From IMG/VR virus record IMGVR_UViG_3300048861_000178, positions 1-64,000 of that record: 64,000 nt of DNA, one strand, 5' to 3'. The DNA comes from a virus. Its lineage: Duplodnaviria > Caudoviricetes. Position numbers and translations under genes: made by a program. Numbering within the stretch: position 1 is the first letter of the stretch; each line of letters starts with the position of its first letter. The notes under the pieces are model-generated. The model ran no database searches, was not told the DNA's origin, and saw only the letters and a list, made by a program, of their open reading frames with translations. Shown here one piece after another: positions 54,914 through 62,872 of this stretch.

Positions 54914-56542
54914 ATGACGACAACCGTTCGCTATTTTGCCCCGCTCGTCTGGCAGGGTACAACCAGTTACGCGCAAGTCCGTCAGGCCTCGCCCGTAGCG
55001 TGGTCGCAGCAAAGCGTGAGCGCCTATCTGCGTAATGTGCAAGCGGTGCAGTGGTTTCAAAGCCCGACACCGGTGAATCTGCGCAAGGTGAGTGCGCTGC
55101 AATGGGCTCAGGACGCGTCGCTGGTCAACATGCGTCGTGCCGTGGCGTTGCAGTGGACGCAAGACGTGCTCGGCTTGAAACTGCGTAACGCGCAGGCGGT
55201 GACCTGGACGAAATCGTCTACGCGCGGTGTGTTGCGTCAAGCCTCCGCGTTTACCTTGCAGAAGTCTTCCACGCAAGGGGCATTGCGGCAAATCAGTGCG
55301 TTTACCTTGCAAAAGACCACGGTAGCCACCACCAAGGGCGGTCTCACCGGTTTGTGGGCGCTGATCCAGGCAGATGCGAAACAGACTATTTTGCAGTCAC
55401 AGCTTACAGTCAGTGCCCCGGTTGCGGACACCTCGAAGCTGAACTGCAATACGTACGTGACAGTGGCGCCGACCGGTGCATTGTTGCAGCAGTACTCGGG
55501 CACCACCAAGCTCTACTACAATCGCGTCGACATCAATAACGCTTTTCTGGGCGGCACCAATAACACCTGGAAGCTCGGCACGATAGCTTCAGCCACCACC
55601 ATCCGCGCGCTGATCCCCCAGATCAACACGCAGTATGGCTTGACGCTTGATCCGACCGATGTAGTAGACGGTCCGGTTGCAGCAGGGGCGACCAAGTTGC
55701 AGCTGGTGGCCGACCCGAACAGCTACGTGTTTAATCCGGGTACCTCTTTGTACCTGATGAATGCAACGTCGCTGGCGGCGGCCGTGACGGCAGTGAACTT
55801 GGCTGGTTTTGACAATGCAGCAGGTCAAGGCCCGCTGTCTTACCCGAATGTGGTGTTGAGCGACGCACCTTATGCCTACTACCGTCTGAATGAAACCAGC
55901 GGTACGGTGGCGAAGGATAGCTCAGGCAATGCGCGCAATGGGACGTACACCGGCGCACTGACCTTGGGTAACGCCACGCTGCTCACGCATGATACTGCCA
56001 AGTACCCGCAGTTCCCTGGTTCGGCGACTGCCTATGTGGACGTAACGGCGGCAAAGAACTTCTGTGCGGGTTCGCAATGGACGTTCGAAGCCTGGGTGAA
56101 TGTGACCTCGTATTCGACCAAGGGCGGCTACACAGGTTCGGCCAGCGGTCCAGCCATGCTCACTGACGTGGGCGATACGGGCAGTACGTCACCTGCTACG
56201 GGTCTTGAGCTCTCGTTGCTCGCGCTGGGCAACACGCAGCAAGGGTATTACTACTGGCCTGCGGACAACGTTTCGAGCGCAGCCACGGGCACCCCGATGC
56301 CGGTGGTAGGAACGGCCGTGCATATCGTCTTTACCTACAACGCCGGAACGGTGAGTATGTACAAGAATGGTGCCCTGATCCAGAGCTTCACGGGCGCTAC
56401 AGCGGCGACGATTCGTTCGTTCCTGCGGATCGGTGCAGGTGCATGGGTAGGCGGTCCGATGAACGGCATGATTGGTGAGGTGGCGTTGTACACGAAGGCT
56501 CTTTCAGCAGCCCGCATTCAGGTTCACTACAACAGCAATTAA
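54914..56542 (+). CDS. tail-fibre protein: eight 17-aa repeats, family A anchor module and LamG domain
   Basis: N-terminal repeats; YSGTTKLYYNRVDI; YYRLNETSGT.A.DSSGN...WTFEAWV...EVALY..ALS. Confidence 0.85.
   Translation: MTTTVRYFAPLVWQGTTSYAQVRQASPVAWSQQSVSAYLRNVQAVQWFQSPTPVNLRKVSALQWAQDASLVNMRRAVALQWTQDVLGLKLRNAQAVTWTKSSTRGVLRQASAFTLQKSSTQGALRQISAFTLQKTTVATTKGGLTGLWALIQADAKQTILQSQLTVSAPVADTSKLNCNTYVTVAPTGALLQQYSGTTKLYYNRVDINNAFLGGTNNTWKLGTIASATTIRALIPQINTQYGLTLDPTDVVDGPVAAGATKLQLVADPNSYVFNPGTSLYLMNATSLAAAVTAVNLAGFDNAAGQGPLSYPNVVLSDAPYAYYRLNETSGTVAKDSSGNARNGTYTGALTLGNATLLTHDTAKYPQFPGSATAYVDVTAAKNFCAGSQWTFEAWVNVTSYSTKGGYTGSASGPAMLTDVGDTGSTSPATGLELSLLALGNTQQGYYYWPADNVSSAATGTPMPVVGTAVHIVFTYNAGTVSMYKNGALIQSFTGATAATIRSFLRIGAGAWVGGPMNGMIGEVALYTKALSAARIQVHYNSN
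54926..55333 (+). repeat. eight tandem 51-bp (17-aa) coding repeats
   Basis: Each unit starts [VLM]R; six have W at position 9; the last two units are similar at DNA level (GCGTTTACCTTGCA). Confidence 0.85.
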
Positions 56543-56639
56543 GTGAGTGAGAGAGTAAAAAAATACTTGCATCCTATGCCGGGTCCGTATAAGAAGGACC
56601 CGGCAGTGCAGTAGATCACTTCTCCTTTAAGGAACGGAA

Positions 56640-57182
56640 ATGGCAAAAATCAACGCATCGTTGTCGGCGTTGGACAACCTGCTCGCGCTCGTCAATGCTG
56701 CTAATACCGGCCAAACGATCACGAACACGCAAGTGACTGCAGGTGCGCCCAGCGTCAAATCCGATACGGGTGACGGTCGTAACACCACGGTGGCACTGAC
56801 GGCTGTCGGTGGCCAAGGCTACACGGGTTCGGTCTCCGTCAACTACACGCGCCGGGGTCTGAACGACTCGGTGCTCAGCCCGGTCGATAGCTACACCGCG
56901 ACCACCGGTACCACGGCAGCTGCGCTCGTGACGGCGCTCGCCGCCCAGCTCGGCCTCGTGGAGTCGGAAGTCCACCTCGAAGATCCGGCTGACCCCGGTG
57001 TGGCGCTGTCGGGCGCACAGAGCGGCAATCAGGCCACGCTCGATCTGGTGGCTAACGCAGGTTCGCTGCTGTATGTGGATGGTTCGCTGCAAGCGATCAC
57101 CATGACCTGGCAGGCTCCGCAGGTCGCGCTGTCCACGGCTGTTGCGACGACGGACCTCACGGGTTTCGACGCCGCCAGCTAA
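56640..57182 (+). CDS. tail-fibre family A protein (anchor module only)
   Basis: LLALVNAAN, RNTTV, YTGSVSVNYTRRGL, ends LSTAVATTDLTGFD; ATCCTATG at 56571 upstream. Confidence 0.82.
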   Translation: MAKINASLSALDNLLALVNAANTGQTITNTQVTAGAPSVKSDTGDGRNTTVALTAVGGQGYTGSVSVNYTRRGLNDSVLSPVDSYTATTGTTAAALVTALAAQLGLVESEVHLEDPADPGVALSGAQSGNQATLDLVANAGSLLYVDGSLQAITMTWQAPQVALSTAVATTDLTGFDAAS

Positions 57183-57199
57183 GCATTTCAGTGCTGAGG

Positions 57200-57233
57200 A
57201 AAAGCGGGGCTTCGGCTCCGCTTTTTTATGCCG
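57200..57233 (+). terminator. UUCG terminator
   Basis: AAAAGCGGGGC-TTCG-GCTCCGCTTTTTT-ATGCCG. Confidence 0.8.
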
Positions 57234-57283
57234 TCAATTTCCACATGGTCATTTTATGACCTTTCCCTATTCTGGCGACAAGT

Positions 57284-58369
57284 ATGCAAATTGATCCGAC
57301 AAAGAGCGCTATCCAGAACCTGCTCGCGCTTGTCGATGGTTCGAACCCATCAGCACCTAATTTACCCAATGAAGTCACAGTGAGTGGCATCACCACAGGA
57401 AGCTTTGCCAACGGGACTGATACGAAAGTCACTTTGACGGGCACGGGCCCGCAGGGTAATTATGCCAACTTTACCGGTAGCGTTGACGTAACGTATAAAC
57501 GTCTCACCCTGGCGACTGAAGCTGCCAGCCCGACAGGCCCAGTCTCGCTGTCGCTCGGTACCAGTAAAGACGCTGCGCTGGCGACGGTGGCCCAATACTT
57601 TGGTTTTATTCCGACGGAGATCAGTGCACCCAGTTTCACGCCACAGGGTGCAGCGGGCAACCAGACAGTGACCTTGCAGGCCAGTGGTTCCTTGATTTAC
57701 GAGGACGGTTCAACCGACATCACGATTAATTGGACGTCGCCGAAGACGGTACTGCTGACTCACTTCGATGGTGCAGTCACGGATACCTCGGTGCCGGATG
57801 TTGCTTCGGGTGGGTCGATTGCCCTCAGTGGTGGAGCAACACTCACGACCACTACCAAGGTGTTTGGTACGGCGGCCTTCCAGGGTAGTGCCAGCAATCC
57901 AGCCTCGTGCGCGAGTGCTGGAGCGAACAACAAGTACATCATGTCGGGCGACTTCACGTTCGAGTGTTTCTTCATCCCGAACGCTGCCGACCTCTCCGGC
58001 GAGAGTATCCTGTTCTCCGAAGGTACGGGTTCTTATATCGATCTCTTCCACAATACGTGGTACGTGTCGCTTGGAACCACAAATGTGCACTTGATCAATG
58101 GCGTAGCTGCGAACCTGGTCGCTGGTACGACCTACCACGTGGCGCTGACACGTCAAGGCACGACCGTGACAATCTGGGTAAACGGGGTTTCGGTTACTAC
58201 GGCCAGTTCGTCATTGCCGTTTGGTGTGTCGGGCGCAAATATGAACATTGGCAATTACAACTCTAATGGCTACGGCGTGAAGGGCGTGCTGGATGAGGCC
58301 CGAATCTCCAATGTTGCTCGCTACACGGCTGCTTTCACCCCGCCGTCTGCACCGTTCACGTTGGACTAA
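57284..58369 (+). CDS. tail-fibre family A protein with LamG domain
   Basis: LLALVDGSNP, FTGSVDVTYKRLTL; LLTHFDG...DFTFECF...YHVAL.R...DEARISNVARY. Confidence 0.85.
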   Translation: MQIDPTKSAIQNLLALVDGSNPSAPNLPNEVTVSGITTGSFANGTDTKVTLTGTGPQGNYANFTGSVDVTYKRLTLATEAASPTGPVSLSLGTSKDAALATVAQYFGFIPTEISAPSFTPQGAAGNQTVTLQASGSLIYEDGSTDITINWTSPKTVLLTHFDGAVTDTSVPDVASGGSIALSGGATLTTTTKVFGTAAFQGSASNPASCASAGANNKYIMSGDFTFECFFIPNAADLSGESILFSEGTGSYIDLFHNTWYVSLGTTNVHLINGVAANLVAGTTYHVALTRQGTTVTIWVNGVSVTTASSSLPFGVSGANMNIGNYNSNGYGVKGVLDEARISNVARYTAAFTPPSAPFTLD

Positions 58370-58378
58370 GCTCACTGC

Positions 58379-58417
58379 GGCATAAAACGAGGCAGGCTTC
58401 GGCCTGCCTCTATGACG
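58379..58417 (+). terminator. UUCG hairpin ending the fibre array
   Basis: GGCATA...GAGGCAGGC-TTCG-GCCTGCCTC-TATGACG; near copy of 34236-34275. Confidence 0.7.
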
Positions 58418-58440
58418 CTGATTCTAAAAGATTTCAGCCC

Positions 58441-58448
58441 TATATAAC
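58441..58448 (+). promoter_or_regulatory. early-promoter-like TATATAAC
   Basis: One mismatch to TATATTAC; upstream context (ATTCTA.AAG.TTTC.G) resembles that of 10680. Confidence 0.6.
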
Positions 58449-58519
58449 AAACCTAGCAATTAGGGAAGTTAAATCATTTCCCTTATTCTTTCCATGAGTT
58501 GATCAATCAGGAGTTCATC

Positions 58520-58798
58520 ATGCAACAAGCACAAGCTGCACGTCTGAAGCACTACATCGTCTTTGGTCCGGTGAACCTCACCGAAGTGACCGAATGCCTG
58601 CAGCTCACGATGGCGCGCGCACAAGAAATCCGTGAACACTTCAATCGGTTGGGTGATGCGATCCCCGAGCAGATGAAGGGTGAGCTCAACCTGCTCAAAG
58701 ACCTGGCCGACCAGGCCCTCGAATACGGCGAACAGATCCTCGCCAATGCAAAGGCATCCTGTGGTGCACAACGTGTACCCTCTGTCACCCTGCATTAA
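58520..58798 (+). CDS. early hypothetical protein
   Basis: AGGAG RBS, ATG 58520. Confidence 0.7.
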   Translation: MQQAQAARLKHYIVFGPVNLTEVTECLQLTMARAQEIREHFNRLGDAIPEQMKGELNLLKDLADQALEYGEQILANAKASCGAQRVPSVTLH

Positions 58799-58809
58799 GG
58801 AGTCTGGCA

Positions 58810-58902
58810 ATGCCGCCACGTTGGAAGAAGTGGGCCATCGAATGGGGCGTCGCTTTGGGCGTGCTCGTCGTGTGGCTCGTCTCAACTCGTTTAAAGATGT
58901 AA
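58810..58902 (+). CDS. 30-aa single-TM micro-protein (MPPRWKKWAIEWGVALGVLVVWLVSTRLKM)
   Basis: TAAGGAG RBS 7 nt upstream; hydrophobic core with basic flanks; not in the ORF track. Confidence 0.6.
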   Translation: MPPRWKKWAIEWGVALGVLVVWLVSTRLKM

Positions 58903-59004
58903 TTTGTAGGGGGCGTCACGCGACTTTACCTGGCGGCTGAGGCTTCGGTCTCCCGCCAGGCTCTTTTTCGCTTTTATGCCGCCCCTTCATTTTCGGAGAA
59001 GGTC

Positions 59005-59319
59005 ATGCCGCGGGCTGAAGATTTTGAAGCGTGTCGTACGCACTATCGCCGCTGCGGTAGTACTTCGACGATTCTGAACGACATCGAGGGCTTGGCAGTG
59101 CAGATTCGCGAGCTCCAACAACAGCATCTGCACAAAGACGGCGAACTGAGTGCGTTTGGCCACGCCCTCAAAGGCAACCCAGTGATCAACAATCGCCTGG
59201 CGCTCTTTACGGGCTTGCTAAAAGCGCACTGCTTTACGGCCGCACGCAGCCAAGCGGTGTTGTTACTCTTTACCTATCGCAAACTGGTGCAGCAGTACAC
59301 CACCCAAAGCGATCAGTAA
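59005..59319 (+). CDS. hypothetical protein
   Basis: GGAG RBS, 104 aa. Confidence 0.6.
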   Translation: MPRAEDFEACRTHYRRCGSTSTILNDIEGLAVQIRELQQQHLHKDGELSAFGHALKGNPVINNRLALFTGLLKAHCFTAARSQAVLLLFTYRKLVQQYTTQSDQ

Positions 59320-59341
59320 ACGGATTTTTACCGAGCTGGTT

Positions 59342-59349
59342 CATATTAC
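59342..59349 (+). promoter_or_regulatory. early-promoter-like CATATTAC
   Basis: One mismatch to TATATTAC, intergenic. Confidence 0.45.
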
Positions 59350-59373
59350 GGTAAACCACATCAAGGACTGGAT

Positions 59374-59568
59374 ATGAAGAAGGATGTCCCTGTACTGGAT
59401 GATCCGCGCGAACGCGCTGCGACTGATCCGTATATTCTCGGTCAGCCCATGGGGTCGGTCGCCGCAGTGATTTTCGTGTGTCTGATGTTTGTTTTTCCTA
59501 TCGGGGCGGCAGTGTATTTCTACTACCACCCGATGACCCATGCTTGCACTCAGGACAAGTGCAAGTAA
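59374..59568 (+). CDS. small single-TM protein
   Basis: AAGGA RBS; hydrophobic VAAVIFVCLMFVFPIGAAVYFYY. Confidence 0.65.
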   Translation: MKKDVPVLDDPRERAATDPYILGQPMGSVAAVIFVCLMFVFPIGAAVYFYYHPMTHACTQDKCK

Positions 59569-59626
59569 GTTAGACCAAGTCCACTATCGCAACAACCTTT
59601 TACAACGTAAACAAGGAGTAATTAAA

Positions 59627-60187
59627 ATGGGTTTCTGGAGCAAATTTTTGGGTCGTGACGAAATCAACATCGACCAGCTCGAAGTCCTCTTCCACACAGA
59701 AGCCGCGTACTTCGGTGAACATGGCCGCCTCATTGCCAGCAACCGTTCGCTCGGCATCATCGAGAAGGAAGTGATCTTCTGCCTGAAGGGTCACACCAAG
59801 CCGCTGCCGCTGAACCATCGTCTGTTCGCGCACATCTGGAAGGAAGCGCAAGCGCAGGGCTTCATCCCCCTCGAACTCGCCAAGTACGGTTCGGTCATCG
59901 AGTCCGCGGAACCCGATGCCCTGGCTGCACACAAGCGCGTGCTGGCGATCATGGTCGAACACGGTCAGGCTCCGGCACTCGCCGATGGCCGTCAGGTGCT
60001 GCACATGAACCTGGGTGACAAGTCGGCAGCCGAAGCGGAAGCCGCTGTCTCGGGTGCGATGGCTTCGGCCGCTGCAACCAGCGGGCGTGATTACAGCAAT
60101 GTCGAAGTGCCTGCGTATCTGCGCAAGCAACAGGCTGAAGGCGAAGGCTTCCAGACGGCAGGCTTCGCAGCCGCTGCACAAAGCTAA
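59627..60187 (+). CDS. early protein with an N-terminal amphipathic helix and an FtsZ C-terminal-peptide-like motif
   Basis: AAGGAG RBS, ATG 59627; MGFWSKFLG start; DYSNVEVPAYLRKQ at 60089-60130. Confidence 0.8.
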   Translation: MGFWSKFLGRDEINIDQLEVLFHTEAAYFGEHGRLIASNRSLGIIEKEVIFCLKGHTKPLPLNHRLFAHIWKEAQAQGFIPLELAKYGSVIESAEPDALAAHKRVLAIMVEHGQAPALADGRQVLHMNLGDKSAAEAEAAVSGAMASAAATSGRDYSNVEVPAYLRKQQAEGEGFQTAGFAAAAQS

Positions 60188-60273
60188 GTAAGCCAAGTCG
60201 AGGTGCTTCCTCTGGGGAGCACCTCCGCTGGGCTTCACTTTTTATTTCCGTTATTGCAACGAGGAGAATTACC

Positions 60274-60849
60274 ATGTTGAGCAAACAGGTCAAGCAGCGT
60301 ATCGCATACAACAAGACAAAACGACAAGTGCCCGGCTGGAAGCGCGACTTGCGTGCTTTCTTCATCTCGCAGTTGCCCCCCGCCCAATCCATCCTGTCGT
60401 CCAAGCATTTCGTGGTGAAGGTGAGTGTACTGGGCGATGATGTTCTGACCCAAGAGTATCAGAACAAGCAGGCTGATGAAATCTTCAACAAGATCACCAC
60501 CTGGACACGCCATGACTGGCATGCCTACATCCGTTCGGGCGATGAAGCATACGCCCAGTACGTCGATCGTCGTGGTCGCATGCTGTCGGCTTATCGTTAT
60601 CGCCGAGCCGTTGTTCTGCCTGCTGATCCGGAGCAACTGGCTAAGGACTTCGAAGGCGACATGCTCAACGATCTGGCAGCCTGCGAATGCGGTCTCACGA
60701 TCGGCGAGCACAATCTCGGCGTGGTCTGCAAGGCTTGTAATACCGAAGTTCGCCATCCGACCCTTCGTCCGCCGACGCTCGACATCTACGGCCGGGAAAG
60801 CGACTACAAGAAGTTCCCCGACATCGATAAACCCGTGGAAGGAGAATGA
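60274..60849 (+). CDS. hypothetical protein with a zinc-ribbon motif
   Basis: GAGGAG RBS; CECG...VVCKAC. Confidence 0.75.
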   Translation: MLSKQVKQRIAYNKTKRQVPGWKRDLRAFFISQLPPAQSILSSKHFVVKVSVLGDDVLTQEYQNKQADEIFNKITTWTRHDWHAYIRSGDEAYAQYVDRRGRMLSAYRYRRAVVLPADPEQLAKDFEGDMLNDLAACECGLTIGEHNLGVVCKACNTEVRHPTLRPPTLDIYGRESDYKKFPDIDKPVEGE

Positions 60850-61529
60850 ACATGACGCTCAAGTACATGCGGAGCTTTGATAGCTACAGTGTTCGCGTCA
60901 AAGAGTCGCAGCGCCGCTACCGCATGATAGTCGATGAGGTGCTCTTTGCTAACGAGCCCGATCGCATCAAGCTGCGCAATGCGAACTTCACTGCCCGTGA
61001 GAAGCGTCACCGCATCGAGATCGTCTACGGCACGCAGTGCGCCCAGTGGATTCTGGATGAACTGCGCTATGTGGCTCCCAAGCAGCGTGGTCCGATTCAG
61101 GATTGGTTGGATGACTTCGATGTACAGTTGGCTCGGGAGAATCTGACGGGCGCAGTATTGTCATCGAAACATTTGGCTGCTGATCACTTTTCTACCGGTG
61201 CCTATCCGGATCTCGTTCCGATTCGCCACTGGGAGCCGCGTCCGTATCAGAAGGCGGCGATCGACTTCATCAAGAATGATGCGAGGGGAGGTGTGTTGTT
61301 CAACGGTGGTCGACGCCTGCCACGCTATCTTTTCAGCACACCGCAAGTGACGCTGAAGGATCTGGCGGACTTCGATCATCCTTTCGAAAAGAAGGTGCTG
61401 GAATTGACGGAGACGTACCATGAAGTGAAAGCGCGCAGTGTCGGTAATCCGCGCGCCATCACTCAGCTGCCGTTTCTCACGACCCAGGTGCTGGGTCAGT
61501 GGCTGCGTAACAACTCCGTGAGGAAATGA
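60846..61529 (+). CDS. hypothetical protein containing a helicase Q-motif-like fragment
   Basis: ATGA overlap; WEPRPYQKAAIDFI but no Walker A. Confidence 0.7.
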   Translation: MNMTLKYMRSFDSYSVRVKESQRRYRMIVDEVLFANEPDRIKLRNANFTAREKRHRIEIVYGTQCAQWILDELRYVAPKQRGPIQDWLDDFDVQLARENLTGAVLSSKHLAADHFSTGAYPDLVPIRHWEPRPYQKAAIDFIKNDARGGVLFNGGRRLPRYLFSTPQVTLKDLADFDHPFEKKVLELTETYHEVKARSVGNPRAITQLPFLTTQVLGQWLRNNSVRK

Positions 61530-61855
61530 TGCATCTCGTTCTGAGTGAAGCTCGTAAGACCCGCAGCTTTCAGCGTGGTGACGCGCCGTTTCTTCAACCT
61601 GACTTTCATGCGCCCATAGACGAATTTGATGTCATTCGTCTTGAAGGTGTGCTGCGCTTCTATCAGGCGGATCGTGGTTTCTACGTGACGTTTGATACGG
61701 AAGAAAACGCCTGGGCAGCGCACGAGAAGACGGGTTGGTTGCAGGATGAAACGCAACCGCACGTGACCCTCTACACGAGCTTTGACTGGGGCGCAGGTGG
61801 GGCGATCTACATCAATCAGAAAGCTTACATGAACTTCCGTGTGGAGCAACCATAA
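61526..61855 (+). CDS. hypothetical protein
   Basis: ATGA overlap, 109 aa. Confidence 0.7.
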   Translation: MMHLVLSEARKTRSFQRGDAPFLQPDFHAPIDEFDVIRLEGVLRFYQADRGFYVTFDTEENAWAAHEKTGWLQDETQPHVTLYTSFDWGAGGAIYINQKAYMNFRVEQP

Positions 61856-62028
61856 TGGGACTGAAGATCAAGGGTCTGCCCAGTACCCGTCTGAATCAGC
61901 CGCGCCGTGTCGGCTTTGGGCATCTGAAGTACATCACCGAGTGCGACAAGTATTTCGGTTTTGGTGACACACGGCAAGAATCGTTCAAAGCCTGGGAAGA
62001 AGCCAAGCAAAAGGGCGAGCAGCAGTAA
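61855..62028 (+). CDS. 57-aa hypothetical protein (MGLKIKGLPSTRLNQ...)
   Basis: TAATG overlap, GGAG RBS, fills the gap in the operon; not in the ORF track. Confidence 0.6.
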   Translation: MGLKIKGLPSTRLNQPRRVGFGHLKYITECDKYFGFGDTRQESFKAWEEAKQKGEQQ

Positions 62029-62068
62029 CTTTCATCAACGCGTAGTTAATTAGAATGAGGTGATCACG

Positions 62069-62431
62069 ATGGACATGATTTTTGATTTGCCTGGTGTAAA
62101 GAAGATCGTCAAGTCGTTTCAATGCGGCTTTGATGACACGCAGGATACGGGCGTTACCGATGACAACATCCCGATGGATCACGCGACCAACTTTCGGGTG
62201 GCGCAATTGCCGCTGTACTTGACGGCGATCCAGCATGCCGGGCTGAACCCGGCGGACTTCGGGATCGCTGATCAGGCGTATGGTAACAACTCCGACACTG
62301 GAGTACGCTGGGCGTGTGATCCGGACGTCTACAAGGGCTTTTACTATGCGTGTGGTGATGACGACATGCAAAAGTTCTACGCCGCGATGGCCGATGTGAT
62401 CAAAGCCCATCCCACCTTCGCTCACGCTTAA
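62069..62431 (+). CDS. hypothetical protein
   Basis: GAGGTG RBS, ATG 62069. Confidence 0.7.
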   Translation: MDMIFDLPGVKKIVKSFQCGFDDTQDTGVTDDNIPMDHATNFRVAQLPLYLTAIQHAGLNPADFGIADQAYGNNSDTGVRWACDPDVYKGFYYACGDDDMQKFYAAMADVIKAHPTFAHA

Positions 62432-62442
62432 AGGAGACGACG

Positions 62443-62760
62443 ATGCTCTTCAAGTTGCTTGACTACCTCGGTTTTCACGATAACTCGGTGCAGCTCGGTG
62501 TCTCCGCACAGATGAGCAAAGACAAGCGCCACGGCGTGGTGCACTACGACACGCAAGAGGGTGTACGCCACATCGGCTTTCTCGCGGACAAGCCCCACCG
62601 CTTGAGCCCGTATGATCGTACGATGAACGATCGACTCTTCCGGCAGCTCGATCGCATGTCGATGCCCGCGACGACGCTTGAAGTCAAGCGCGGGCGCAGT
62701 GCCTTTCTGATCAAACGTCTCTCCGGCAGCCTCGCGGCTGCACGCCTGCGCATCCGGTAA
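62443..62760 (+). CDS. hypothetical protein
   Basis: AAGGAG RBS, 105 aa; followed by the terminator AAGAGTGTC/GACACTCTT plus T-run (about 62775-62803). Confidence 0.7.
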   Translation: MLFKLLDYLGFHDNSVQLGVSAQMSKDKRHGVVHYDTQEGVRHIGFLADKPHRLSPYDRTMNDRLFRQLDRMSMPATTLEVKRGRSAFLIKRLSGSLAAARLRIR

Positions 62761-62829
62761 CGGAGGCGTGGGCGAAGAGTGTCCTGACCGACACTCTTTT
62801 TTTTGTCTTATTACAAAAGAAGCTGGCGA

Positions 62830-62837
62830 TATATTAC
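62830..62837 (+). promoter_or_regulatory. early promoter motif TATATTAC
   Basis: Exact match, intergenic, downstream of a terminator. Confidence 0.65.
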
Positions 62838-62872
62838 TACTCTAGCCTTATAACCACCGTTTGGGGATTATT

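Noticed and set aside
39788-58369. Diversity-generating retroelement or invertase shufflon acting on the fibre array
   Set aside because: No reverse transcriptase or recombinase in the window, no near-identical TR/VR pair with adenine-specific differences seen, and all genes are co-oriented
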